Positions 18,988-29,441 of a stretch of DNA of 64,000 nt are shown here, one piece after another (position 1 is the stretch's first letter; every line of letters begins with the position of its first letter). A model generated the notes under the pieces. That model saw only the letters and a program-made list of their open reading frames with translations. It had not been told where the DNA came from and ran no database searches. The stretch comes from an uncultured Veillonellaceae bacterium (GTDB lineage: Bacteria > Bacillota > Negativicutes > JARBTT01): NCBI GenBank assembly GCA_963805085.1, contig CAWDTA010000004.1:320001-384000 (forward strand), in the 5' to 3' direction. Position numbers and translations under genes: made by a program.

Positions 18988-19566
18988 CTATATTCGAACT
19001 TCAAAATTCTTTTTAACTTTATTGTTTGTTGTCTGCGTGGACACAGCGATATCTATTCCTTCTTTACTCATTACAGTACTGGTTCTCGCTGAATAGTCAA
19101 TCAGTGTCCTCGGCTCTTTTGTTTTATTTTTAAATAAACGTAATCCTACTAAAATTAGGGCAACAACTACAACAATCCCAACAAACGGTGCATAACTCAA
19201 GCTGATTGGCTTGCTATTGACCGCTGGCGCTTTCAGTGAAGTAGTAGTCTGCGTGGCAACTGCATCCTGAGAATCAGTTGATGCAACAGGAATGGCTTGC
19301 TTACTGCTTGCTTTGGCTGCTGTGTCAGAAGCTTCCTTTGCACCATCCTTAGGTTGCACTTGATTCCCTTGTATAGCCTTGCCTATTTCTCCAACTTTCT
19401 TAGCTGCCCCCGCCACTTCTGGGCTTACCAAACTATTCGAGTTTTGCGTTGAATTAGCAGGAGCGGTTGTCGTAGAACTATCACTATCTGATGCCGGATG
19501 AGAGCCCGTCGGCGTAAGCACAGGCGGCGTTGGTTTTGTTGGTGGATTAGGCGCAACTACTGTCAT
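18988..19566 (-). CDS. Pro/Ser/Thr-rich hypothetical protein with a single C-proximal TM helix
   Basis: Disordered N-terminus, TM FVGIVVVVALILVGL, basic tail; RBS AGAAAGG. Confidence 0.6.
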   Translation of the reverse strand: MTVVAPNPPTKPTPPVLTPTGSHPASDSDSSTTTAPANSTQNSNSLVSPEVAGAAKKVGEIGKAIQGNQVQPKDGAKEASDTAAKASSKQAIPVASTDSQDAVATQTTTSLKAPAVNSKPISLSYAPFVGIVVVVALILVGLRLFKNKTKEPRTLIDYSARTSTVMSKEGIDIAVSTQTTNNKVKKNFEVRI

Positions 19567-19744
19567 AACAAAACGTCCTTTCTAATTCATATCTTTAACC
19601 CGTTCTACTCAAACCGTGGCAAGTAAACCCAAAATTCAATAGAACTGTTTTCTTTATCTAAATACATATTATTATTTATACTATATCATAGGAACACACA
19701 GTCCGCAAAGGCATCCATTAACAGCATGCTTTAAGATATTTCAA

Positions 19745-20509
19745 TTAATATACTGGAATATTTTGTCTGAACATCTCGGCAATGATCGTTTCCATTGTAT
19801 AACTTCCTGGGGGTTTTCCTATCAGAAATTTCACTGCGAAAATTGCGCCCTGACCAAAGGCCGCCCTGTTGATGCTTTGATGTGATAACCGTATGATCTG
19901 ATTAGGCAACCCAAAAATAATTTCATGATGACCTACGATTCCACCGACTCGAATTGAATTTACGTGCTCTGCTTCAAGGTTTAGCACTTTTGCAATTTTC
20001 TGAGCTGTACCTGATATTTCTGTTTTCCCTTTAAAATGTTCCTCGACAATTTCAATATCTGCATGAGGAGCTATTTTCTGCAAAATCTGAGCCGCTACCA
20101 TAAGAACATTAATCCCCAAGGTGATGTTCGGAGAATAAAGGACTGCCGTAGACTCGGCAAACGATTCTAATAGCTTCAGATCTTCTTGTTCATATTTTGA
20201 AATTGCAGATATAATAGGAATTCTTATTTTTGCTGCCTTTTCGTATAAACGAACGCCTGTAGAGTCAGAAAAATCCACAATAATATCTACTGGTTTTTCT
20301 AAAAAGAAGGTATCGTTGATGTCCTCACCAGAAAAAATTTCCCCTGCATCAAATTCATATCCCAACATCCGGCTAGCATATTTATGATGATCTTCATTAC
20401 CTCTACGCACTACCCAGCTTAACGTAAATAAACTATTACCTAAAAATTCGTTGACAACAACTTTACCTGTTTTGCCAAAGCCAAAAAATCCAACTTTAAT
20501 TTTTTCCAT
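19745..20509 (-). CDS. dapB: DapB-family (4-hydroxy-tetrahydrodipicolinate reductase-like) oxidoreductase, atypical
   Basis: GFGKTG Rossmann loop, VDFS, SPNITLG, EEHFKGK..SGTA, SIRVGGIVGHHEIIF, R.AF.QGA. Confidence 0.7.
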   Translation of the reverse strand: MEKIKVGFFGFGKTGKVVVNEFLGNSLFTLSWVVRRGNEDHHKYASRMLGYEFDAGEIFSGEDINDTFFLEKPVDIIVDFSDSTGVRLYEKAAKIRIPIISAISKYEQEDLKLLESFAESTAVLYSPNITLGINVLMVAAQILQKIAPHADIEIVEEHFKGKTEISGTAQKIAKVLNLEAEHVNSIRVGGIVGHHEIIFGLPNQIIRLSHQSINRAAFGQGAIFAVKFLIGKPPGSYTMETIIAEMFRQNIPVY

Positions 20510-20663
20510 TATAAATGATAAACCTCCTTCAAACTGTAATTTGTCAGCTCCTTGTTACCCTCACTCTGCATGAAGATGGGAAACCTTACAAAATCAGTCT
20601 TCGAGAAGGAACATTATTCAATAACCGCTCAACTGGTTCTTGAATGTTTGGCAGAACAAAACC

Positions 20664-20785
20664 CCTTCTCTTTCAACGCCTACGATGTTAGCTCACGATT
20701 TCAGGCAAAAAGCCCCCCCGCTCGCACAAGATTCATCCCCAAAACGGGTCCCCGCTTCCACTAAATAATTTTGGCGATTGTCTTT
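20664..20785 (-). ncRNA. c-di-AMP (ydaO/yuaA) riboswitch
   Basis: Minus strand AATCGCC...AGCGGGACCC...TTTTGGGGATGAATC...GCCTGAAATCGTGAGCTAACATCGTAGGCGTTGAAAGAG follows the ydaO consensus order. Confidence 0.85.
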
Positions 20786-21168
20786 TGATGATAGGAATTG
20801 AACTACCGATGTTTATATTATACCATTGTTTCTATAATTATGATTTATTTTAATAAACTATAATACCTTGTTCCAAGTACAACAGTATAAAATTGAAGAC
20901 TTTTTCCCATAAAAAAATATATTGTATGTTGTCCTTAATATTTTATACTAACGCAATTAAATTATACAAAATTAACCAATGAAGGTCTATACTTTTTATC
21001 TTACATATTTCTCACTAAAATTTATTGCACAAAAAATACCTGTTTCTCAGTATCTCACTGAAAAGCAGGTATCTTACGGTCTTATTTTATACTGAATTGA
21101 TACTGATATTTCTTTCATTTAAGATTATCTTAGAAAGACCTTGCTTGAATTATAATCTCATTTACCAA

Positions 21169-22053
21169 TTATGTAGTTTTCCGTAATTCTTTTTCTGCAA
21201 GTTGTGTGAACTTTCTTAGCAAAGGAGAAAACCACTTATTCTTATGATAGATAAGTTGCGTACTAATTTTATCTTCCATAGATAGATCAAGCTCAAAAAA
21301 TCTCATTTTTTCAGACTCAACTTCATGTTTAACAGTACTATACGGTAAAATACCAACTCCAGAGTTTATTAATATGCTTTGTTTTATGGCCTCAATACTC
21401 AACGCTTCAATAACATTTCTACTATTATCTAAATAATTTTCCAAGTATTTGTCAAATATATTCCGGTAACTGCAATCATTTTTAGGATATACAAACACCA
21501 AATTATTGTTTTGCAAATCCTCTAATGATTGTAGCTCTTGATACTTTCCTACGATCCCCATTTTTTCTTCAACCAAGTCTATCGCTACTAAATGATCATT
21601 TTCGTACTGTCTTTGCATAAGAAACAGCAAATCAATTTCTGCTGTTGATAGCTTGTCGATTAACTCTGATTTTTGACCTAACACTTGAACTATCTTTGTT
21701 TGAGGGCAATCTAGTTGAAACTGTTGAATAATCGGCTGCAGGCGATAGAATGCCACAGATTCTTGAGCACCTAACTTAATGGTACTTTCATTGCAGCTCT
21801 TCCCATTTTTCAATCTTTCAATTTTTTCATTTGCTTTTAATATAACATCAGCAATTGAAATCAAATCCTTACCTAAATTAGTTATTACGATATTCTTGCC
21901 TATTCTGTCAAACACTTTTCCATTCAATTCTTTTTCAATCGCTTGAATATGTATAGTTATCGTTGACTGAGAGTAGCTCAATTCATCACTAGCTTTTGTA
22001 AAGCTTCCCAAACGCGCAACCGCCTTAAACGTAACCAAGTGCCTAATATCCAT
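21169..22053 (-). CDS. LysR-family regulator
   Basis: LVTFKAVARLGSFTKASDELSYSQSTITIHIQAIEKEL; divergent from the PhzF gene. Confidence 0.92.
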   Translation of the reverse strand: MDIRHLVTFKAVARLGSFTKASDELSYSQSTITIHIQAIEKELNGKVFDRIGKNIVITNLGKDLISIADVILKANEKIERLKNGKSCNESTIKLGAQESVAFYRLQPIIQQFQLDCPQTKIVQVLGQKSELIDKLSTAEIDLLFLMQRQYENDHLVAIDLVEEKMGIVGKYQELQSLEDLQNNNLVFVYPKNDCSYRNIFDKYLENYLDNSRNVIEALSIEAIKQSILINSGVGILPYSTVKHEVESEKMRFFELDLSMEDKISTQLIYHKNKWFSPLLRKFTQLAEKELRKTT

Positions 22054-22225
22054 GATACACCTCATAAAATCACTGCAGAATTCTAACTCAATTATTCTCA
22101 CTAAATATTATTCTATTAGTATTTTCAATATTTATATTTAGTAAATTGAATTTTACTTATACCAATTTTAACACTAATATAACAAGTGAGAAAAGTAAAA
22201 TTACTAGTTTAAGGAGACGTCCATA

Positions 22226-23125
22226 ATGAAAACCTATAAAGTTTATCAAGTAGATGCATTTACGTCCAAAAAATTTAAAGGAAATCCCGCTGGCGTAGTC
22301 ACAAATGCGGAGGGATTATCAGATGGTGATATGCAGTGTGTCGCACGTGAACTTAACAATTCTGAAACTGCCTTTATTTTCCCGCCTGATGATACAACTC
22401 ACGATGTCAAGCTTAGATATTTTACACCGACTACTGAAGTACCATCATGTGGGCATGCCACAATTGCAGCTCATTACGTTCGAGCTATAGAAAATCAACT
22501 CCAATCTAGCAGAGTAATTCAAAAAATTGGTATTGGCACTTTGCCAGTAGATATTGTAAAAAATAATGATTATACAATATGGATGACACAAGGAAACATT
22601 GAATTTTCTAAGCCTTTTCTAGATAAAAATCGTGACTATCTGTTAGCATCTCTCGGTTTAGCAGAACAGGAAGTAGATGAACGTTGCCCTATTCAGATAG
22701 TTTCTACGGGACATTCCAAAGTAATGATTGGGATTAACTCCATGGCCAAGCTCAATAGTTTATCTCCCGATATGAGCATGCTATGTAGCTTAAGTAAATT
22801 GATTGGCTGTAATGGCTATTATGTTTTTACTTTTGCATCCGATCCCAATAAGATTTTAACTCATGGTAGAATGTTTGCACCCGCCATTGGTATTTTAGAA
22901 GATCCTGTAACAGGAAATGCCAACGGTCCGCTTGGAGCATATCTAGTTAAGCACGGGTTAGTTGAACATGACAACTCCTTATTTTCCTTCACGGGGGCTC
23001 AGGGAGAGGCTATCGGACGTAGTGGAACAGTAGATGTGAGGGTAAAAATAGAAAATGGTGAACCATCACAGGTTCAAATAGGCGGAACAGCCGTTATTGT
23101 ATTTAAAACACAGATAGAAATATAA
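22226..23125 (+). CDS. PhzF/YddE-family isomerase
   Basis: QVDAFT...GNPAGVV, ELNNSETAF, EVPSCGHAT, EDPVTGNANG. Confidence 0.92.
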   Translation: MKTYKVYQVDAFTSKKFKGNPAGVVTNAEGLSDGDMQCVARELNNSETAFIFPPDDTTHDVKLRYFTPTTEVPSCGHATIAAHYVRAIENQLQSSRVIQKIGIGTLPVDIVKNNDYTIWMTQGNIEFSKPFLDKNRDYLLASLGLAEQEVDERCPIQIVSTGHSKVMIGINSMAKLNSLSPDMSMLCSLSKLIGCNGYYVFTFASDPNKILTHGRMFAPAIGILEDPVTGNANGPLGAYLVKHGLVEHDNSLFSFTGAQGEAIGRSGTVDVRVKIENGEPSQVQIGGTAVIVFKTQIEI

Positions 23126-23484
23126 AGCCCCCTAAGTTAGCATGCCTAGTAAAATAGTATAAGTTTCTTTATACAACTAGAGACTAAGTCAAACACCCCT
23201 AAATAGGATTGATAACTTAACCTCTAGTTTTAATACTTCATAAATATAAATTTTATTTTCTACACCATATGACCATTTTTATCTACATAAGCAGTTCTTT
23301 CTAATGCTTTCTCCCAATTGGTGTATGAATATTTAATGCGTGTCAACAATTCATGTAGTATTTTTGTTATATTCTCGACTGTGATTTAATCACTGAGCAT
23401 ACTTGATTAATTTGGTATAATAAATCATTAAGTATCATTGATTTTTCAGGTCTACTTTTACATAATCAAAGAAAGGATTACCGT

Positions 23485-24156
23485 ATGGATTATCTAATAT
23501 CATTTTTAGAAGGGATTATCACCTTCATCTCCCCCTGTCTACTGCCAATGCTACCTGTCTACATTTCGTACTTTGCTGGGCAAAATAGCGATGGTAACAA
23601 GAAAACAACGGTTATCAATGCGATAGGATTTGTCCTAGGCTTTACCATTATATTTGTATTGCTTGGTGCTTTTGCCGGAGCAGTTGGAAGTTTTTTAAAG
23701 GAATATAGCACAGTGGTAAATATTGTATCCGGTATGATTATCATACTGTTTGGCCTAAACTTTATGGAAGTTATCCGAATTCCTTTTATCAATGCAAATC
23801 ATCAATTGAACATGCAAACTGCGAATGTAGGTTTCTTCTCTTCCGTGTTATTCGGTATAATATTTTCGATTGGCTGGACTCCCTGTGTAGGCACATTTTT
23901 AGGCTCAGCTTTAATGCTCGCCGCGTCCAGTGGCGAGAGCCTAAAAGGAATCCTTATGCTTTTCAGCTTTTCACTTGGACTTGGAATTCCTTTTATTACA
24001 AGTGCAATTTTAATTGACCAATTAAAATCAACATTTGCTTTTGTAAAGAAAAACTACCGAGTTATTAATTTGATTTCTGGTAGTTTACTCATTATCGTCG
24101 GACTTCTTATGGCAACTGGCCTTATGGGATATTTTTTATCTCTACTTACATTTTAG
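23485..24156 (+). CDS. ccdA: CcdA / DsbD-beta thiol-disulfide transporter
   Basis: FISPCLLPMLP and GWTPCVG motifs, 6 TM segments. Confidence 0.9.
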   Translation: MDYLISFLEGIITFISPCLLPMLPVYISYFAGQNSDGNKKTTVINAIGFVLGFTIIFVLLGAFAGAVGSFLKEYSTVVNIVSGMIIILFGLNFMEVIRIPFINANHQLNMQTANVGFFSSVLFGIIFSIGWTPCVGTFLGSALMLAASSGESLKGILMLFSFSLGLGIPFITSAILIDQLKSTFAFVKKNYRVINLISGSLLIIVGLLMATGLMGYFLSLLTF

Positions 24157-24165
24157 GAGGAAGTT

Positions 24166-24753
24166 ATGAATACAAAAAGAAAAACTATTTTAGGGATACT
24201 CATCTTTGCGGCCTTTCTTGGTATTGCATCTTTTGCCTATTCTACTTTAACAACTAACTATAAACAAACGAAGGATATACAAATTACAAAGAATTCCGAC
24301 GAGCAGGATGAGTATGAAGATAATGAAAATAAAAAGTATCCAGCTCCAAATTTCACAGTCTTTGACAAGCAGGGAAATAAGGTCAAATTATCTGACTTTG
24401 CTGGTAAGCCTATTATCTTGAACTTTTGGGCATCTTGGTGTCCACCATGTAGAAGTGAAATGCCACATTTTAACAAAGCATATGCAACCGAGAAAGAAAA
24501 TATTGTTTTTATGATGGTAGACTTAGTTGATGGTCAGCGCGAAACGCAGGCAAAGGGACAAAAATACGTCCAAGATCAAGGGTATGATTTCCCTGTATAT
24601 TTTGATAATGAGCAACAAGGCCTCAATACCTATAGAATTTCATCCATTCCAACTACACTTATCATTGATTCTGCTGGCAATGTTGTCGCCGAATATCAAG
24701 GTGCATTTGATGAAAAAAAACTAGCAAAGGCAATTAATTTGATAAAGCGCTAG
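24166..24753 (+). CDS. TlpA/ResA-like membrane-anchored thioredoxin
   Basis: N-terminal TM, LNFWASWCPPCRSEMP, IPTT. Confidence 0.92.
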   Translation: MNTKRKTILGILIFAAFLGIASFAYSTLTTNYKQTKDIQITKNSDEQDEYEDNENKKYPAPNFTVFDKQGNKVKLSDFAGKPIILNFWASWCPPCRSEMPHFNKAYATEKENIVFMMVDLVDGQRETQAKGQKYVQDQGYDFPVYFDNEQQGLNTYRISSIPTTLIIDSAGNVVAEYQGAFDEKKLAKAINLIKR

Positions 24754-24996
24754 AAAACTAGTCCATAAATCAACCAGACTTATATATCAAAAGCTCGGTG
24801 TATCAATTTCAATTAGCTACTTGTTAATTGGTTGGCTCAAAAATATAGAATCAATTTAATAAGAACGAAACAAAGAAGTGGTATAAGTTAGCACTAGAAG
24901 CTAATTTTATACCACTTTTACTTTCTTAACGTTTATTTTCTAGGTTTTTCATCCATCATTTGAAAAATTATTCTGACATAACCCCTTTATTTGTGA

Positions 24997-25947
24997 CTAT
25001 TCAAAGTCAACATTATGTATTTTGAATTGTTCCGTAACCATTTCAATGAACAAACAGGCAGCTTTAGAAACATAGGCATTCTTAGGAACTAAGATTCCCA
25101 TTGTCCAATAAGCGGCATATTTCTCGTCAATATAGTAATACTCGGGAAAATAGTCTTCCTGAAAGATCTTTAAATATTGCATCGGAACAAAAGTTACACC
25201 GATTCCCACGCCAGCTAGTCGTCTTGCTGTTTCATAACTTTTACTCGTCAAAACAATATGGGGATCAATATTGGCCTTATCTAAAATCAAATCAGAAACC
25301 TGTCTGATCTTCTGTCCTTTATTTAACAAAATAAAGGGTTCTTCAGCGAACAAGGTAATGTCTATTTTCGGATACTCAATATTTTCAACCGGTACAGCAA
25401 ATTCCTTTAGCGGATGATCTTTACACGTTGCTAAAAGCAGTGGATCTTTAAATAAAGGATAAAAAATAAACTTTAGGTTATTAGAATTTTGTAAAAATGG
25501 CAGGACATGCATAATTGCAAAATCTATTTCGCCCGCGGTCAATGCCTTATCCAATTCTGTCGAATTTTTCTCAACAATATGTATTTCTATGTGAGGACAC
25601 TTTTGCTTAAATACAGGCAAGATAACGGGTAAAATATACGTTGCTAAATACACGGTAATCCCAATCGTAATCCTACCTTTTTTCAGGTTATTGATGTCAC
25701 TGATCTCAATCTCAAAATCACTGTATATCTTTAAAATATTGGTAGCAATTTGATAATATCTTTCTCCTGCAAAAGTTAAAGTCAGTCCCGTACTCATTCG
25801 TGTAAACAATTTAGTAGCAAGGTTTGCTTCTAGTTTATGAATGCAATTACTAAGTGAAGGCTGGGTCAAAAACAATTTTTTTGCCGCTTTCGAAATGCTG
25901 CGTTCATCAGCAATTGTTTTTACATACAATAGCTCTCGTTCTGTCAT
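24997..25947 (-). CDS. LysR-family regulator
   Basis: SISKAAKKLFLTQPSLS HTH; divergent from the ybhJ-like operon. Confidence 0.92.
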   Translation of the reverse strand: MTERELLYVKTIADERSISKAAKKLFLTQPSLSNCIHKLEANLATKLFTRMSTGLTLTFAGERYYQIATNILKIYSDFEIEISDINNLKKGRITIGITVYLATYILPVILPVFKQKCPHIEIHIVEKNSTELDKALTAGEIDFAIMHVLPFLQNSNNLKFIFYPLFKDPLLLATCKDHPLKEFAVPVENIEYPKIDITLFAEEPFILLNKGQKIRQVSDLILDKANIDPHIVLTSKSYETARRLAGVGIGVTFVPMQYLKIFQEDYFPEYYYIDEKYAAYWTMGILVPKNAYVSKAACLFIEMVTEQFKIHNVDFE

Positions 25948-26161
25948 AGTATAATCTGCCTCTTCTTTTTTAATATTTATTTAATATAGAAAAAATCTAT
26001 AGGGTATATAAAACATTAAGAATTTGATTATATCGCATCTCAATTATATAATAAAACCAACTATTAGTAATCATATTTATCCAAATATACAAAAAATTTA
26101 TATAAAAATCCAATAACGCTCTTGCATTACATTATTTTACAATTGGAAAGGAAGAACTAGA

Positions 26162-28450
26162 ATGGTCAATTTGTACGATACTGGTGTCTATCTTTTAGAA
26201 GGATCAGAAATTATCATTGATGATGAAAACGCTGCAACAAAAATTCAATGTAAAACTGGGAAAGTTATAAACAAAGCAGAAGCAAAAAAAGGAACCATTG
26301 CTTCTGCTATTTTACAAAATCATACGATCATACAAACTAACAATACCTTAAAGCTAAAATTCGATAGTTTAACTGCCCATGATATTACGTATGTCGGAAT
26401 CATCCAGACAGCCAGAGCTAGTGGTTTAGAGGAATTTCCTATTCCTTTTGTTATGACAAACTGCCATAACAGTCTTTGCGCTGTCGGCGGTACGATTAAC
26501 GAAGATGATCATATGTTTTCTCTATCCGCTGCAAAAAAATATGGTGGTATTTATGTACCGACAAATATGGCTGTTATCCATTCTTATAATAGAGAGATGA
26601 TGGCTAAATGCGGGAATATGATTCTCGGTTCAGATAGTCATACCAGATATGGTGCCTTGGGTACATTAGGTGTAGGTGAAGGTGGTGGTGAACTAGCCAA
26701 ACAATTATTAGGTAAAACCTATGACCTTACCCCACCTGAAGTGGTTGGCATCTATCTTACTGGCAAACCACAAAAAGGTGTAGGGCCTCACGACATCGCT
26801 TTAACAATCATCGGTAATGTATACAAGAAGGGCTATGTAAAAAACAAAGTAATGGAATTCATTGGTGATGGCATAGGCAATTTGGATATCGATTATAGAA
26901 ATGGCATTGACGTCATGACCACAGAAACAACTTGTTGGAGCTCTATTTGGTGTACTGATGAAAAAGTAGAACAATATTATACAATCCATGGCAGACCAAA
27001 AGATTATAAAAAATTAGAACCAAAAGATATTGCCTATTATGATGGCCTCGTCTACGTTGATCTCTCTATCATCAAACCAACAATTGCAATGCCATTCCAT
27101 CCTAGCAATATTTATACAATCGAAGAACTCAAAGCCAATGCTATTGATATCCTGCAAAAAATACAAAACGATAGCATGAAACAATTTGCGCAAAGTAAAA
27201 TAAACTTTGACCTTACTAGCAAAGTAAAAAATGGTGAAATTTACGTTGATCAAGGTATCGTTGCCGGCTGCTCTGGTGGAACCTTTGATAATGTCGTTGC
27301 CGTAGCTAACATAATGAACGAAAACTCTACTGGCAATGGTACATTTTCTATGAGCGTCTATCCTGATAGTCAACCCAATCACCTTGAATTAGTAAGAAAT
27401 GGTTCAATCGAAAAGTTAATCAGTGCTGGCGTTATTGTCCGTTCTGCCTTTTGCGGACCTTGCTTTGGCGCTGGCGATACTCCAGCAAATCAAGAATTTT
27501 CTATTCGCCATACGACTAGAAACTTTCCAAATCGCGAAGGCTCAAAACCAACTGAAGGACAACTTTCTTATGTAGCACTTATGGATGCTCGTTCCATTGC
27601 TGCAACTGCAATCAACGGCGGGAAATTGACCGCGGCGACAGAAATAGAATTCAATAACAAAAAACGGCCTTATTACTTCAATCGAGAAATTTATGACAAA
27701 CGCGTTTTTAATGGAATCGGTAAAAATGATCCTGACTTGGAATTGAAATTTGGCCCTAATATCAAAGATTGGCCGACCATTCCAAAACTAACCGAGCATT
27801 TATTGCTCAAAGTTATAAGCTATATTGCCGATCCAGTTACAACGACTGATGAACTCATTCCTTCTGGGGAAACTTCCTCCTACCGGTCTAATCCCCTCCG
27901 CCTTGCCGAATTTACCCTTAGCAGAAAAGACCCCCATTATGTAGAAAAAGCGAAAGAAGTTCAAGTATATGAACAACAAAGAGAAGATGGTATCGCACCA
28001 AACTTAGGTTCAGAAGAATTAGATTGTGTTTATCAAAAAATTAAAAGTATTATTGGCTTTTCAAACATTGATTTTCAAAACATCGGCATTGGCAGTACGC
28101 TCTTTGCCAACAAACCTGGTGATGGTTCAGCAAGAGAACAGGCCGCCTCTTGCCAACGAGTTCTGGGTGCGTGGGCAAATTTGGCGAAAGAATATGCGAC
28201 CAAACGATATCGTTCCAACCTGATTAATTGGGGGATGATTCCGTTTATTGTTGATGAGCCACTCTTTAATGAAAATGATTTTATATTTATCCCGAACTTG
28301 AAAACTAGTATTATACAAAGAAATTCCAAAATCAAAGCTTACGTTTTAGGTGAAAAGATCTCGGAAATTTTTCTTTCTGTTAGCAATTTAACTATGGATG
28401 AGCAGAAAATTCTTATCGCTGGCTGTTTGATTAATTATTATAAGGAATAA
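26162..28450 (+). CDS. ybhJ: YbhJ-type aconitase-family Fe-S hydratase
   Basis: HDITYVGIIQTA, NCHNSLCAVGGTINEDDH, GSDSHTRYG, AGCSGG, FCGPCFG, TTRNFPNREG, TTTDELIP, GDGSAREQAAS. Confidence 0.9.
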   Translation: MVNLYDTGVYLLEGSEIIIDDENAATKIQCKTGKVINKAEAKKGTIASAILQNHTIIQTNNTLKLKFDSLTAHDITYVGIIQTARASGLEEFPIPFVMTNCHNSLCAVGGTINEDDHMFSLSAAKKYGGIYVPTNMAVIHSYNREMMAKCGNMILGSDSHTRYGALGTLGVGEGGGELAKQLLGKTYDLTPPEVVGIYLTGKPQKGVGPHDIALTIIGNVYKKGYVKNKVMEFIGDGIGNLDIDYRNGIDVMTTETTCWSSIWCTDEKVEQYYTIHGRPKDYKKLEPKDIAYYDGLVYVDLSIIKPTIAMPFHPSNIYTIEELKANAIDILQKIQNDSMKQFAQSKINFDLTSKVKNGEIYVDQGIVAGCSGGTFDNVVAVANIMNENSTGNGTFSMSVYPDSQPNHLELVRNGSIEKLISAGVIVRSAFCGPCFGAGDTPANQEFSIRHTTRNFPNREGSKPTEGQLSYVALMDARSIAATAINGGKLTAATEIEFNNKKRPYYFNREIYDKRVFNGIGKNDPDLELKFGPNIKDWPTIPKLTEHLLLKVISYIADPVTTTDELIPSGETSSYRSNPLRLAEFTLSRKDPHYVEKAKEVQVYEQQREDGIAPNLGSEELDCVYQKIKSIIGFSNIDFQNIGIGSTLFANKPGDGSAREQAASCQRVLGAWANLAKEYATKRYRSNLINWGMIPFIVDEPLFNENDFIFIPNLKTSIIQRNSKIKAYVLGEKISEIFLSVSNLTMDEQKILIAGCLINYYKE

Positions 28451-28521
28451 TGATACGCCCCCATATTCACGAAACATTTTATATTGATAAAGTTCTATTA
28501 AATTGACGATAAAAATAAGAA

Positions 28522-29394
28522 ATGAGGATGATTATCATGGGAAAAGTTTCATTACACGGCGTTATTGATATGCATGTTCATTCATCACCAGATATCCGCG
28601 AGCGTGCCTACAGTGATTTCGAGCTAATGGAAGCTGGAATCAAAGTAGGTGCAAGGGCAATTGTAATAAAATCGCATCATGGAACAACAATGAACCGTGC
28701 TTACTTAGTCAATGAACATAATAAAATTTTGCATCAAAATGATAATAATTTTACGATGTTTGGCAGCATCACATTAAACGCTGCAATTGGTGGTTTAAAT
28801 CCTATTGCTGTAGAAACCGGACTAAAAATGGGCGCAAAGATTGTCTGGCTGCCAACAACCAGTGCTCAAAATCATTTGAAAAAATACGGTAAGACGGGCG
28901 GAATTGCTTGCCTAACCAACGGAAAAATCGTCGAACCACTGAAAGAAATCTTTAAACTGGTGAAAGATTACGATGCTGTTTTAGGCACAGGACATCTAGC
29001 ACCAGAAGAAATATTTCCCATAGTAGACCAGGCAAAAAGTATGGGTTTAGAAAAAATCGTTATTACTCATCCAGAATTCTGGGTTGTTGGAATGTCGCAT
29101 GAAGACCAAATAAAAATAACCAAAGACTACAATGTCTATCTCGAAAGATGTTATGCACAGCCTATGGGCGGCGGTGTTTATCAGAGCAACCTTGAAGACA
29201 ATCTGGCAATCATAAACAAAGTAGGTTATAAAAACATCATTGTCGACACCGACGGTGGTCAAGTAGAAAATCCTCATTGGGAAATTGCTTTAGAAACCTA
29301 TATGCAATATCTCGCCGACCATGGCATTACCGACGAGCAAATTGATGTAATGACGAAAAAAATCCCAGCTAGATTACTAGGATTAGCGAACTAA
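28522..29394 (+). CDS. DUF6282-like amidohydrolase-fold (TIM barrel) metalloprotein
   Basis: DMHVHSSPD, IKSHH, VWLPT, GTGHL, ITHP, DTDGGQ, P.RLLG metal-ligand pattern. Confidence 0.75.
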   Translation: MRMIIMGKVSLHGVIDMHVHSSPDIRERAYSDFELMEAGIKVGARAIVIKSHHGTTMNRAYLVNEHNKILHQNDNNFTMFGSITLNAAIGGLNPIAVETGLKMGAKIVWLPTTSAQNHLKKYGKTGGIACLTNGKIVEPLKEIFKLVKDYDAVLGTGHLAPEEIFPIVDQAKSMGLEKIVITHPEFWVVGMSHEDQIKITKDYNVYLERCYAQPMGGGVYQSNLEDNLAIINKVGYKNIIVDTDGGQVENPHWEIALETYMQYLADHGITDEQIDVMTKKIPARLLGLAN

Positions 29395-29441
29395 ATTTAT
29401 ATTAAAAACAACGTAATACTACGAGCAATAGGAGGCTTATT

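Noticed and set aside
20520-20790. Lysine riboswitch or the 70-aa ORF 20552-20764 upstream of dapB
   Set aside because: The sequence matches the c-di-AMP (ydaO) consensus rather than the L-box, and the ORF is antisense to the riboswitch.
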